From assembly GCA_027337125.1 (NCBI GenBank), contig GCA_027337125.1_3057.1: a stretch of DNA of 64,000 bases. One strand, 5' to 3'. The notes beneath the pieces were generated by a model. It worked only from the letters and a program-made list of their open reading frames with translations. It had not been told where the DNA came from and searched no databases. The DNA comes from a phage. The first letter of the stretch is position 1. Each line of letters opens with the position of its first letter. Of this stretch, positions 10,184 to 19,271 are shown one piece after another. A program made the position numbers and the translations under genes.

Positions 10184-12880
10184 ATGAAAGAATTTTATAT
10201 CTCTATTGAAACAGTCGGAAATAACATTGTTGAACGTTATATTGATGAAAACGGAAAGGAACGTACTCGTGAAGTAGAATATCTTCCGACTATGTTTAGG
10301 CATTGTAAGGAAGAGTCAAAATACAAAGACATCTATGGTAAAAACTGTGCTCCTCAAAAATTTCCATCAATGAAAGATGCTCGAGATTGGATGAAGCGAA
10401 TGGAAGACATCGGTCTCGAAGCTCTCGGTATGAACGATTTTAAACTCGCTTATATCAGTGATACATATGGTTCAGAAATTGTTTATGACCGAAAATTTGT
10501 TCGTGTAGCTAACTGTGACATTGAGGTTACTGGTGATAAATTTCCTGACCCAATGAAAGCAGAATATGAAATTGATGCTATCACTCATTATGATTCAATT
10601 GACGATCGTTTTTATGTTTTCGACCTTTTGAATTCAATGTATGGTTCAGTATCAAAATGGGATGCAAAGTTAGCTGCTAAGCTTGACTGTGAAGGTGGTG
10701 ATGAAGTTCCTCAAGAAATTCTTGACCGAGTAATTTATATGCCATTTGATAATGAGCGTGATATGCTCATGGAATATATCAATCTCTGGGAACAGAAACG
10801 ACCTGCTATTTTTACTGGTTGGAATATTGAGGGATTTGACGTTCCGTATATCATGAATCGCGTTAAAATGGTTCTCGGTGAACGTAGTATGAAACGTTTC
10901 TCTCCAATCGGTCGAGTAAAATCTAAACTAATTCAAAATGTGTACGGTAGCAAAGAAATTTATTCTATTGATGGCGTATCTATTCTTGATTATTTAGATT
11001 TGTATAAGAAATTCGCATTTACTAATTTACCGTCATTCTCTTTGGAATCAGTTGCTCAACATGAAACCAAAAAAGGTAAATTACCGTACGACGGTCCTAT
11101 TAATAAACTTCGTGAGACTAATCATCAACGATACATTAGTTATAACATCATTGACGTAGAATCAGTTCAAGCAATTGATAAAATTCGTGGGTTTATCGAT
11201 CTAGTTTTAAGTATGTCTTATTATGCTAAAATGCCTTTTTCTGGTGTAATGAGTCCTATTAAAACTTGGGATGCTATTATTTTTAACTCGTTGAAAGGTG
11301 AACATAAGGTTATTCCTCAACAAGGTTCGCACGTTAAACAGAGTTTTCCGGGTGCATTTGTGTTTGAACCTAAACCAATTGCTCGTCGATATATTATGAG
11401 TTTTGACTTGACGTCTCTGTATCCGAGTATTATTCGTCAGGTTAACATTAGTCCTGAGACTATTCGTGGGCAGTTTAAAGTTCATCCAATTCATGAATAT
11501 ATTGCAGGAACAGCTCCTAAACCGAGTGATGAATATTCTTGTTCTCCGAATGGATGGATGTATGATAAGCATCAAGAAGGTATCATTCCAAAGGAAATCG
11601 CTAAAGTATTTTTCCAGCGTAAAGACTGGAAAAAGAAAATGTTCGCTGAAGAAATGAATGCCGAAGCTATTAAAAAGATTATTATGAAAGGCGCAGGGTC
11701 TTGTTCAACTAAACCTGAAGTTGAACGATATGTTAAGTTCAGTGATGATTTCTTAAATGAACTATCGAATTACACCGAATCCGTTCTCAATAGTCTGATT
11801 GAAGAATGTGAAAAAGCAGCTACACTTGCTAACACAAATCAACTTAACCGTAAAATTCTTATTAACAGTCTTTATGGTGCTCTTGGTAATATTCATTTCC
11901 GTTACTATGATTTGCGAAATGCTACTGCTATCACAATTTTCGGCCAAGTCGGTATTCAGTGGATTGCTCGTAAAATTAATGAATATCTGAATAAAGTATG
12001 CGGAACTAATGGTGAAGATTTCATCGCAGCAGGTGATACTGATTCGGTATATGTTTGCGTAGATAAAGTTATTGAAAAAGTTGGTCTTGACCGATTCAAA
12101 GAGCAGAACGATTTAGTTGAATTCATGAATCAGTTCGGTAAGAAAAAGATGGAACCTATGATTGATGTTGCATATCGTGAGTTATGTGATTATATGAATA
12201 ACCGCGAGCATCTGATGCATATGGACCGTGAAGCTATTTCTTGCCCTCCACTTGGTTCAAAGGGCGTAGGTGGATTTTGGAAAGCGAAAAAGCGTTATGC
12301 TCTGAACGTTTATGATATGGAAGATAAGCGATTTGCTGAACCGCATCTAAAAATCATGGGTATGGAAACTCAGCAGAGTTCAACACCAAAAGCAGTGCAA
12401 GAAGCTCTCGAAGAAAGTATTCGTCGTATTCTTCAGGAAGGTGAAGAGTCTGTCCAAGAATACTACAAGAACTTCGAGAAAGAATATCGTCAACTTGACT
12501 ATAAAGTTATTGCTGAAGTAAAAACTGCGAACGATATAGCGAAATATGATGATAAAGGTTGGCCAGGATTTAAATGCCCGTTCCATATTCGCGGTGTGCT
12601 AACTTATCGTCGAGCTGTTAGTGGTCTAGGTGTAGCTCCAATTTTGGATGGAAATAAGGTAATGGTTCTTCCATTACGTGAAGGAAATCCATTTGGTGAT
12701 AAGTGCATTGCTTGGCCATCGGGTACAGAACTTCCAAAAGAAATTCGTTCTGATGTGCTATCTTGGATTGACCACTCAACTTTGTTCCAAAAATCGTTTG
12801 TTAAACCGCTTGCAGGTATGTGTGAATCGGCTGGCATGGACTATGAAGAAAAAGCTTCGTTAGACTTCCTGTTTGGCTGA
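10184..12880 (+). CDS. 43: gp43, family B DNA polymerase with 3'-5' exonuclease
   Basis: 898 aa; exo motif NCDIEV, polymerase motifs SLYG and GDTDS. Confidence 0.95.
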   Translation: MKEFYISIETVGNNIVERYIDENGKERTREVEYLPTMFRHCKEESKYKDIYGKNCAPQKFPSMKDARDWMKRMEDIGLEALGMNDFKLAYISDTYGSEIVYDRKFVRVANCDIEVTGDKFPDPMKAEYEIDAITHYDSIDDRFYVFDLLNSMYGSVSKWDAKLAAKLDCEGGDEVPQEILDRVIYMPFDNERDMLMEYINLWEQKRPAIFTGWNIEGFDVPYIMNRVKMVLGERSMKRFSPIGRVKSKLIQNVYGSKEIYSIDGVSILDYLDLYKKFAFTNLPSFSLESVAQHETKKGKLPYDGPINKLRETNHQRYISYNIIDVESVQAIDKIRGFIDLVLSMSYYAKMPFSGVMSPIKTWDAIIFNSLKGEHKVIPQQGSHVKQSFPGAFVFEPKPIARRYIMSFDLTSLYPSIIRQVNISPETIRGQFKVHPIHEYIAGTAPKPSDEYSCSPNGWMYDKHQEGIIPKEIAKVFFQRKDWKKKMFAEEMNAEAIKKIIMKGAGSCSTKPEVERYVKFSDDFLNELSNYTESVLNSLIEECEKAATLANTNQLNRKILINSLYGALGNIHFRYYDLRNATAITIFGQVGIQWIARKINEYLNKVCGTNGEDFIAAGDTDSVYVCVDKVIEKVGLDRFKEQNDLVEFMNQFGKKKMEPMIDVAYRELCDYMNNREHLMHMDREAISCPPLGSKGVGGFWKAKKRYALNVYDMEDKRFAEPHLKIMGMETQQSSTPKAVQEALEESIRRILQEGEESVQEYYKNFEKEYRQLDYKVIAEVKTANDIAKYDDKGWPGFKCPFHIRGVLTYRRAVSGLGVAPILDGNKVMVLPLREGNPFGDKCIAWPSGTELPKEIRSDVLSWIDHSTLFQKSFVKPLAGMCESAGMDYEEKASLDFLFG

Positions 12881-12893
12881 TAGAATAAATCTA

Positions 12894-12914
12894 GGGACCT
12901 CCAGGTCCCTTTTT
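12894..12914 (+). terminator. intrinsic terminator (GGGACCU-cc-AGGUCCC plus T-run) after gene 43
   Basis: 7 bp perfect stem followed by TTTTT. Confidence 0.7.
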
Positions 12915-12997
12915 CATACAAGTAATATAAATCTATACTTATGAAAAAGAGATGATTCTGGACCCTTTGGATTCCCTAAAAATTTTTTCACAAAACT

Positions 12998-13027
12998 GTT
13001 TACATCCCTGTTCTTCTATGGTACTAT
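12998..13027 (+). promoter_or_regulatory. early sigma70-type promoter (GTTTACA -35, TACTAT -10), cassette copy 1
   Basis: T4 early promoter consensus; 18 bp spacing; A/T-rich upstream element. Confidence 0.6.
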
Positions 13028-13052
13028 ACAACTATCAACTACTGATACGGAT

Positions 13053-13301
13053 TTGGAGAATGAAATGAAAATTGTTATGGGATGCTTAGCAGTTTGTTTA
13101 GTTGCATTAGCAGCAGTTCCATTTGTTAGTGTTGAAAATGATACCCAACCTGTGATTGAATCTAGCACTGTTATTCACACTAATGGTAAAATATCAGTTA
13201 AAATTGATGATAATCTTCATGTGAATACAAATGGATCTTTAGGTGTGCAAATAGGTAATACCTGCATAAGCACTATTGGAGTAATTACTACTTGCATTTG
13301 A
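13053..13301 (+). CDS. predicted secreted or membrane-anchored small protein (82 aa)
   Basis: Hydrophobic N-terminal signal-like segment CLAVCLVALAAVPFV; downstream of an early promoter. Confidence 0.5.
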   Translation: MENEMKIVMGCLAVCLVALAAVPFVSVENDTQPVIESSTVIHTNGKISVKIDDNLHVNTNGSLGVQIGNTCISTIGVITTCI

Positions 13302-13311
13302 GGAAATTATT

Positions 13312-13692
13312 ATGAAAATCGCTATTTTGGTTATTGCATTAGGTCTTACTGGTTGTGTAGCTCAAGGACCGGTAGTAAATCAGTCTGATGTAGGAAAAAT
13401 TGTAAACTGTTCAAGCAAGTTTTATAATCCTAATGTCAAGTGTTATAAAGAAGCTCCAAAACAGACAGTAGAACAAATGCAGGCGAATTTTGACGAAGCT
13501 ATTCGTCCAGATGAATCTGCCCAAGCATATCGTAATTCAGATGTGATTACACGTGAAGAAAAAATTGAAAACTACTGTGCTGAACTTTGGGCAAATTGGG
13601 CTAATAATTACCAATGGCGTACCGGTAAAAATGCTCCGATGGAGTATGTAGTAAATTCTTATAATTCATGCGTAAAAAATTTGACTAAGTGA
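13312..13692 (+). CDS. predicted lipoprotein (126 aa)
   Basis: N-terminal signal peptide with lipobox LTGC; Cys followed by VAQ, suggesting outer-membrane sorting. Confidence 0.55.
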   Translation: MKIAILVIALGLTGCVAQGPVVNQSDVGKIVNCSSKFYNPNVKCYKEAPKQTVEQMQANFDEAIRPDESAQAYRNSDVITREEKIENYCAELWANWANNYQWRTGKNAPMEYVVNSYNSCVKNLTK

Positions 13693-13699
13693 GGAAAAT

Positions 13700-13951
13700 A
13701 TGGAAACTTTAGTAGCAGGTTCAATTTTTATGGTTTTAGTTTCAGGTGTGTTGGCTATTATTATATACATGCTTCCTTGGTTCATTGCCTTGATGCGTGG
13801 GTCAAAATCGACAGTAGGAATCTTTTTTACATCTTTACTGTTTAACTGGTCAATCATTGGTTGGTTTATTACATTTATTTGGTCAATTGCGGGTGAAACT
13901 AAAAAGTCAACACAGCCAAATCAAGTAATTATCATCAGAGAGAAGGAATGA
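13700..13951 (+). CDS. imm: Imm, membrane superinfection-immunity protein
   Basis: 83 aa with two hydrophobic transmembrane segments; lies between genes 43 and 42 as in T4. Confidence 0.75.
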   Translation: METLVAGSIFMVLVSGVLAIIIYMLPWFIALMRGSKSTVGIFFTSLLFNWSIIGWFITFIWSIAGETKKSTQPNQVIIIREKE

Positions 13952-14097
13952 AAAGCAAAATTTTAGCAGTATTGCTTTTAATCTTGATGATTATAATAAG
14001 TATATACTATAGTGTAACGGTTCCTCTTATGATTCCAACTATTATTTTAGGTTGGGGTTTATTACTGTTACAAGTTAAATATGAATGTATCAATTGA
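13948..14097 (+). CDS. small hydrophobic ORF (49 aa)
   Basis: Hand-derived; ATG overlaps imm stop; highly hydrophobic. Confidence 0.3.
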   Translation: MKSKILAVLLLILMIIISIYYSVTVPLMIPTIILGWGLLLLQVKYECIN

Positions 14098-14104
14098 GGT
14101 TTAA

Positions 14105-14845
14105 ATGATTAATGATTCTTTGACAGTTGAAGAAATCCGTCTTCATTTGGGAATTGCATTAAAGGAAAAAGATTTCGTAATTGATAAAACTGGTGTTAAA
14201 ACTATTGAAATTATTGGCGCATCATTTGTAGCAGATGAACCGTTTATTTTTGGCGCTCTTAATGATGAATACATTCAGCGTGAACTTGAATGGTACAAGT
14301 CTCAAAGTCTGTTTGTTAAAGATATTCCAGGCGAAACGCCAAAGATTTGGCAACAGGTAGCATCTTCTAAAGGTGAAATTAACTCGAATTATGGTTGGGC
14401 TATCTGGTCAGAAGATAACTATGCCCAGTATGATATGTGTTTAGCTGAACTTGGTCAAAATCCTGATTCTCGCCGCGGTATCATGATTTATACTCGTCCA
14501 TCCATGCAGTTTGACTACAACAAAGATGGTATGTCAGATTTCATGTGTACGAATACAGTACAGTACCTGATTCGTGATAAGAAAGTCAATGCAGTAGTAA
14601 GCATGCGTTCAAATGACGTGGTCTTTGGATTCCGTAATGATTATGCATGGCAAAAATACGTACTAGATAAATTAGTATCTGATTTGAATGCAGGTGATTC
14701 AACTCGTCAGTATAAAGCAGGTTCCATTATATGGAATGTTGGAAGCCTTCATGTGTATTCTCGTCATTTTTATTTGGTTGACCATTGGTGGAAAACTGGC
14801 GAAACTCATATTGCGAAAAAAGATTATAACGGTGAGTGGAAATGA
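14105..14845 (+). CDS. 42: gp42, dCMP hydroxymethylase
   Basis: 246 aa; conserved position and length relative to T4 gp42. Confidence 0.85.
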   Translation: MINDSLTVEEIRLHLGIALKEKDFVIDKTGVKTIEIIGASFVADEPFIFGALNDEYIQRELEWYKSQSLFVKDIPGETPKIWQQVASSKGEINSNYGWAIWSEDNYAQYDMCLAELGQNPDSRRGIMIYTRPSMQFDYNKDGMSDFMCTNTVQYLIRDKKVNAVVSMRSNDVVFGFRNDYAWQKYVLDKLVSDLNAGDSTRQYKAGSIIWNVGSLHVYSRHFYLVDHWWKTGETHIAKKDYNGEWK

Positions 14846-15684
14846 TTCAATTCGTAATTCCAAGCTATCAACGTGTAGGGGCAGTTTCTGCCCTTGATAT
14901 GTTTCCGACTGATTATGAACCTCATATTGTAGTACGTAAACACGAAGAAAAAGCTTATTATGACGCTTATGGGTCTAGAGCTAAAATTATAACTATTCCT
15001 GATGATGTTAATGGAATTGCTGGAACTCGTAAAGCAATTACTGATATGTATGCAGGTCAACGAATCTGGATGATTGACGATGATACTACGATTCGTATGA
15101 GTTCAATACGAAAGAGAGACGATAAACGGCGCGTAGATAAAATTAATCAATTAACTCGTGAACAGTTCTATGAATTGATTCAATACGTTGAAGATGCCAT
15201 GGATTGCGGGTATTATCATGGCCATGCTCGTCTACCAATTTTTAAAATTACTTCATCTTGGGGTAATTATCGTGAAAACTCATATGGATTCACGAATACG
15301 TGGTATGACCTCGGAAAACTTACGACAGAACAAATTGGGTATGGAAAAATTGATTTATGCGAAGATATGTATGCATTTCTCAATTTAATTAATCAAGGTT
15401 ATCCGCATTTGGCCTTGTTCAAATATCTAGTTGTATCTGGAAAATCACACGCTCCCGGTGGGTGTAGTTCAATTCGTAGTAATTCTAAACATAATAGAGC
15501 GCTTGAGCAAATCAATAGAGAGTTTCCAGAGCAAGCTCGTTGGAAAACTTCTAATATTGAAAAACGAAAATCGTTGGGTGAAGAAGATGAACCATTAAAG
15601 GTTCTTCGCATGTGTGTTTCGCGTAAAGAAAAATCAGAAGCATTTCATAAGTTTAATGCTATTCATCCAATAGCAGTTGATTAA
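14836..15684 (+). CDS. GT-A-fold glycosyltransferase at the locus where T4 has beta-gt; possibly the T2/T6-type beta-glucosyl-HMC alpha-glucosyltransferase
   Basis: 282 aa; DxD motif (IWMIDDDTTI); no resemblance to recalled T4 beta-gt; start probably the ATG at about 14842 overlapping the gp42 stop. Confidence 0.55.
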   Translation: MEMIQFVIPSYQRVGAVSALDMFPTDYEPHIVVRKHEEKAYYDAYGSRAKIITIPDDVNGIAGTRKAITDMYAGQRIWMIDDDTTIRMSSIRKRDDKRRVDKINQLTREQFYELIQYVEDAMDCGYYHGHARLPIFKITSSWGNYRENSYGFTNTWYDLGKLTTEQIGYGKIDLCEDMYAFLNLINQGYPHLALFKYLVVSGKSHAPGGCSSIRSNSKHNRALEQINREFPEQARWKTSNIEKRKSLGEEDEPLKVLRMCVSRKEKSEAFHKFNAIHPIAVD

Positions 15685-15761
15685 TGCCTAAATTTATTGT
15701 GTTATAATTACTCTATCTTTAACCAGTGAGGAAAATATAATGATGCCTATGGAAAAAATGA

Positions 15762-16943
15762 ATGTCTATTGCAGATTTAAAATCCCGTTTGATTAAAGCT
15801 TCCACTTCTAAAATGACTGCTGAACTGACTACATCTAAATTCTTTAATGAAAAGGATGTAATTCGTACAAAAATCCCAATGCTTAATATTGCTATTTCTG
15901 GTGCGATTGATGGCGGTATGCAGTCTGGTTTAACTATTTTCGCAGGGCCTTCTAAACACTTTAAATCAAATATGTCTTTGACTATGGTTGCGGCATATTT
16001 GAACAAATATCCTGATGCAGTTTGTCTATTCTATGATAGCGAATTTGGTATTACTCCAGCTTATTTGCGATCCATGGGAGTTGACCCGGAACGAGTAATT
16101 CATACGCCAATCCAGTCAGTTGAACAGCTAAAAATTGATATGGTGAATCAGCTTGAAGCTATTGAGCGCGGTGAAAAGGTTATTGTATTCATCGACTCAA
16201 TCGGTAATATGGCTTCTAAGAAAGAAACGGAAGATGCCCTGAATGAAAAATCTGTGGCAGATATGACTCGTGCTAAATCACTGAAGTCATTATTCCGTAT
16301 TGTTACTCCTTACTTTAGCATTAAAAATATTCCGTGTGTTGCGGTTAACCATACAATTGAAACAATTGAAATGTTTAGTAAAACCGTGATGACAGGTGGT
16401 ACAGGCGTAATGTATTCGGCTGATACCGTATTCATTATCGGTAAACGTCAGATTAAAGATGGTTCTGATCTTCAGGGGTATCAATTTGTTCTAAATGTAG
16501 AAAAATCTCGTACTGTTAAAGAAAAAAGTAAATTCTTTATTGATGTTAAATTTGACGGTGGTATCGATCCTTATTCTGGATTGTTAGATATGGCTCTAGA
16601 ATTAGGATTTGTAGTAAAACCTAAAAATGGCTGGTATGCTCGTGAATTTCTTGACGAAGAAACCGGCGAGATGATTCGCGAAGAAAAATCTTGGCGTGCA
16701 AAAGATACCAACTGCACTACATTCTGGGGTCCTTTATTTAAGCATCAACCATTCCGAGATGCTATTAAACGTGCTTATCAGTTAGGTGCTATTGATAGTA
16801 ATGAAATTGTTGAAGCTGAAGTTGATGAATTGATTAACTCAAAGGTTGAAAAATTTAAATCTCCAGAAAGTAAAAGTAAATCAGCTGCTGATTTAGAAAC
16901 TGACCTCGAGCAGTTAAGTGATATGGAAGAATTTAATGAGTAA
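15762..16943 (+). CDS. uvsX: UvsX, RecA-like recombinase
   Basis: 393 aa; Walker A GPSKHFKS; matches recalled T4 UvsX. Confidence 0.95.
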   Translation: MSIADLKSRLIKASTSKMTAELTTSKFFNEKDVIRTKIPMLNIAISGAIDGGMQSGLTIFAGPSKHFKSNMSLTMVAAYLNKYPDAVCLFYDSEFGITPAYLRSMGVDPERVIHTPIQSVEQLKIDMVNQLEAIERGEKVIVFIDSIGNMASKKETEDALNEKSVADMTRAKSLKSLFRIVTPYFSIKNIPCVAVNHTIETIEMFSKTVMTGGTGVMYSADTVFIIGKRQIKDGSDLQGYQFVLNVEKSRTVKEKSKFFIDVKFDGGIDPYSGLLDMALELGFVVKPKNGWYAREFLDEETGEMIREEKSWRAKDTNCTTFWGPLFKHQPFRDAIKRAYQLGAIDSNEIVEAEVDELINSKVEKFKSPESKSKSAADLETDLEQLSDMEEFNE

Positions 16944-17286
16944 AGATGATTTAGATTTAGATTTAGATCTAGAAATTATCGATGAATCCCCCTCTTCGGA
17001 GGGGGAAGAAGAAAGAAAAGAACGTCTTTTTAATGAATCTCTTAAGATAATTAAATCTGCCATGGAAAATGTTATCCAGGAGATTGTCATTAAACTAGAA
17101 GATGGTTCTACACACATTGTGTATGTGACAAAATTAGATTGGGTTGATGGAAAAGTCGTAATGGACTTTGCTGTTCTTGACCAAGAAAGAAAAGCTGAGT
17201 TAGCTCCTCATGTAGAAAAATGTATTACAATGCAACTACAAGATGCATTTAATAAAAGGTCAAAGAAAAAATTTAAATTCTTTTAA
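16918..17286 (+). CDS. 40: gp40-like head assembly protein
   Basis: Lies between uvsX and gene 41; true start may be the downstream ATG (MSKDDLDLDL...); contains a DLDLDLDL repeat from a GATTTA tandem. Confidence 0.65.
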   Translation: MIWKNLMSKDDLDLDLDLEIIDESPSSEGEEERKERLFNESLKIIKSAMENVIQEIVIKLEDGSTHIVYVTKLDWVDGKVVMDFAVLDQERKAELAPHVEKCITMQLQDAFNKRSKKKFKFF

Positions 17287-17295
17287 GGAGTAAGT

Positions 17296-18723
17296 GTGGT
17301 AGAAATTATTCTTTCTCATCTCATATTTGATCAAGCTTATTTTTCAAAAGTTTGGCCATATATGGATTCAGAATATTTTGAAAGTGGTCCAGCTAAAAAT
17401 ACATTCAAATTAATTAAATCTCATGTTAATGAGTACCATAGCGTTCCATCTATTAATGCGTTAAATGTTGCATTAGAAAATAGTTCATTTACTGAAACAG
17501 AATATTCTGGTGTAAAAACACTTATTTCGAAACTAGCCGATTCTCCAGAAGACCACAGCTGGTTAGTAAAAGAAACAGAAAAATATGTTCAGCAAAGGGC
17601 GATGTTTAATGCTACGTCTAAAATAATTGAAATTCAAACTAATGCTGAGCTTCCTCCGGAAAAACGAAATAAGAAAATGCCGGATGTTGGTGCTATTCCT
17701 GACATCATGCGCCAAGCATTATCAATTTCATTTGATAGTTACGTTGGCCATGATTGGATGGATGACTACGAAGCACGTTGGCTATCTTATATGAATAAAG
17801 CTCGTAAGGTTCCATTTAAACTCAAAATTCTAAATAAAATTACTAAAGGCGGAGCTGAGACTGGAACACTGAACGTTTTAATGGCTGGTGTTAACGTTGG
17901 TAAGTCATTAGGTCTATGTTCATTGGCAGCAGATTATTTACAACTCGGTCATAATGTTCTTTACATTTCAATGGAAATGGCAGAAGAAGTCTGTGCTAAA
18001 CGTATTGACGCTAATATGCTCGATGTTTCTCTTGATGACATTGATGATGGGCATATTTCTTATGCTGAGTATAAAGGAAAAATGGAAAAATGGCGTGAGA
18101 AATCTACTCTCGGCCGTTTAATCGTTAAACAGTATCCTACTGGCGGAGCAGACGCTAATACATTTAGATCGCTTTTAAACGAATTAAAGCTCAAGAAGAA
18201 TTTTGTTCCAACAATCATTATTGTTGACTATCTAGGTATTTGTAAATCTTGCCGCATCAGAGTTTACTCAGAAAATAGTTACACAACTGTTAAAGCTATC
18301 GCAGAGGAATTGCGTGCTCTGGCTGTTGAAACAGAAACTGTTCTTTGGACTGCAGCGCAGGTTGGTAAACAAGCTTGGGATTCTTCCGATGTTAACATGA
18401 GCGATATTGCAGAATCCGCCGGTCTTCCAGCAACAGCCGATTTTATGCTTGCGGTCATTGAAACCGAGGAGTTAGCAGCTGCTGAACAACAACTCATTAA
18501 GCAAATCAAATCACGATATGGTGATAAGAATAAATGGAATAAGTTTTTGATGGGTGTTCAAAAAGGAAATCAGAAATGGGTAGAAATTGAACAAGATTCT
18601 ACTCCAACTGAAGTGAACGAAGTAGCAGGTTCACAGCAGATTCAGGCTGAACAGAACCGCTATCAAAGAAACGAATCTACTCGAGCTCAGTTAGATGCTT
18701 TGGCGAATGAATTAAAATTTTAG
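17296..18723 (+). CDS. 41: gp41, replicative DnaB-like helicase
   Basis: 475 aa as in T4; Walker A GVNVGKS; GTG start. Confidence 0.95.
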   Translation: MVEIILSHLIFDQAYFSKVWPYMDSEYFESGPAKNTFKLIKSHVNEYHSVPSINALNVALENSSFTETEYSGVKTLISKLADSPEDHSWLVKETEKYVQQRAMFNATSKIIEIQTNAELPPEKRNKKMPDVGAIPDIMRQALSISFDSYVGHDWMDDYEARWLSYMNKARKVPFKLKILNKITKGGAETGTLNVLMAGVNVGKSLGLCSLAADYLQLGHNVLYISMEMAEEVCAKRIDANMLDVSLDDIDDGHISYAEYKGKMEKWREKSTLGRLIVKQYPTGGADANTFRSLLNELKLKKNFVPTIIIVDYLGICKSCRIRVYSENSYTTVKAIAEELRALAVETETVLWTAAQVGKQAWDSSDVNMSDIAESAGLPATADFMLAVIETEELAAAEQQLIKQIKSRYGDKNKWNKFLMGVQKGNQKWVEIEQDSTPTEVNEVAGSQQIQAEQNRYQRNESTRAQLDALANELKF

Positions 18724-18760
18724 TTTACAAGCTGACAAGACTATGGTATAGTAGTCTTGT
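18724..18760 (+). promoter_or_regulatory. early promoter (GTTTAC ... TATAGT) with its -10 inside a 9 bp perfect inverted repeat (ACAAGACTA / TAGTCTTGT)
   Basis: Read from sequence; 18 bp spacing; repeat arms at 18735-18743 and 18752-18760. Confidence 0.55.
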
Positions 18761-18781
18761 TGGTTAAATGAGGAGATCGTT

Positions 18782-18964
18782 ATGGAATTGGTAAAGGTAG
18801 TTTTTATGGGGTGGTTTAAGAATGAAAGCGTGTTTACTAAAGAAATCACAATGATGAAAGATGACGTTCAATGGGCTACTACTCAATATGCTGAAGTTAA
18901 TAAAGCATTAGTTAAAGCTTTCATTGATGACAAGAAAGTGTGTGAAGTGGATTGCAGAGGATAA
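18782..18964 (+). CDS. dmd: Dmd, inhibitor of RnlA/LsoA toxins
   Basis: 60 aa; sequence MELVKVVFMGWFKNES... matches recalled T4 Dmd almost exactly. Confidence 0.9.
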   Translation: MELVKVVFMGWFKNESVFTKEITMMKDDVQWATTQYAEVNKALVKAFIDDKKVCEVDCRG

Positions 18965-19208
18965 TATGCACATTGTTTTATTTAAACCTACTCCGTATAA
19001 TGTCAAGAAAAATACTCAATTCAAAGCACTTGTTGCAGATACGTGGGAATTGGTGTTAGATATTCCAGCAGAAGAAAGTCCTCCATTTGGTCGAGTGGAA
19101 TTTATTAAGTTTGCTGTGCGCCCTACGAAGCGACAGATTCGCCAATGCAAAAGATACTTTCGTAAAATCGTCAAGTTAGAGAAACAGTTATTGATGCTAG
19201 TAAAATAG
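18924..19208 (+). CDS. hypothetical small early protein (61.4-like position; possibly starts at ATG about 18966)
   Basis: ORF track; basic C-terminus; lies between dmd and sp. Confidence 0.5.
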   Translation: MMTRKCVKWIAEDNMHIVLFKPTPYNVKKNTQFKALVADTWELVLDIPAEESPPFGRVEFIKFAVRPTKRQIRQCKRYFRKIVKLEKQLLMLVK

Positions 19209-19210
19209 TA

Positions 19211-19252
19211 GTTTACAAGCTGATAGAGTTGTGTTATAGTAATTCTATCAGC
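19211..19252 (+). promoter_or_regulatory. early promoter (GTTTAC ... TATAGT) with its -10 inside a 9 bp perfect inverted repeat (GCTGATAGA / TCTATCAGC)
   Basis: Read from sequence; same -35/-10 as the 18724 promoter but different repeat arms. Confidence 0.55.
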
Positions 19253-19271
19253 TAATCGTGGAGAAAAGAAA

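Noticed and set aside
11207-11575. 122 aa - strand ORF inside gene 43, and similar - strand ORFs inside gp46, gp39, rIIA, rIIB, dda
   Set aside because: Embedded antisense in strongly supported genes with conserved motifs; no independent signals.
15685-15761. Homing endonuclease between the glycosyltransferase and uvsX (segA slot) or between 56 and soc (segF slot, 23305-23386)
   Set aside because: Both intergenic regions are under 90 bp and contain only promoter-like sequence; no ORF is present.
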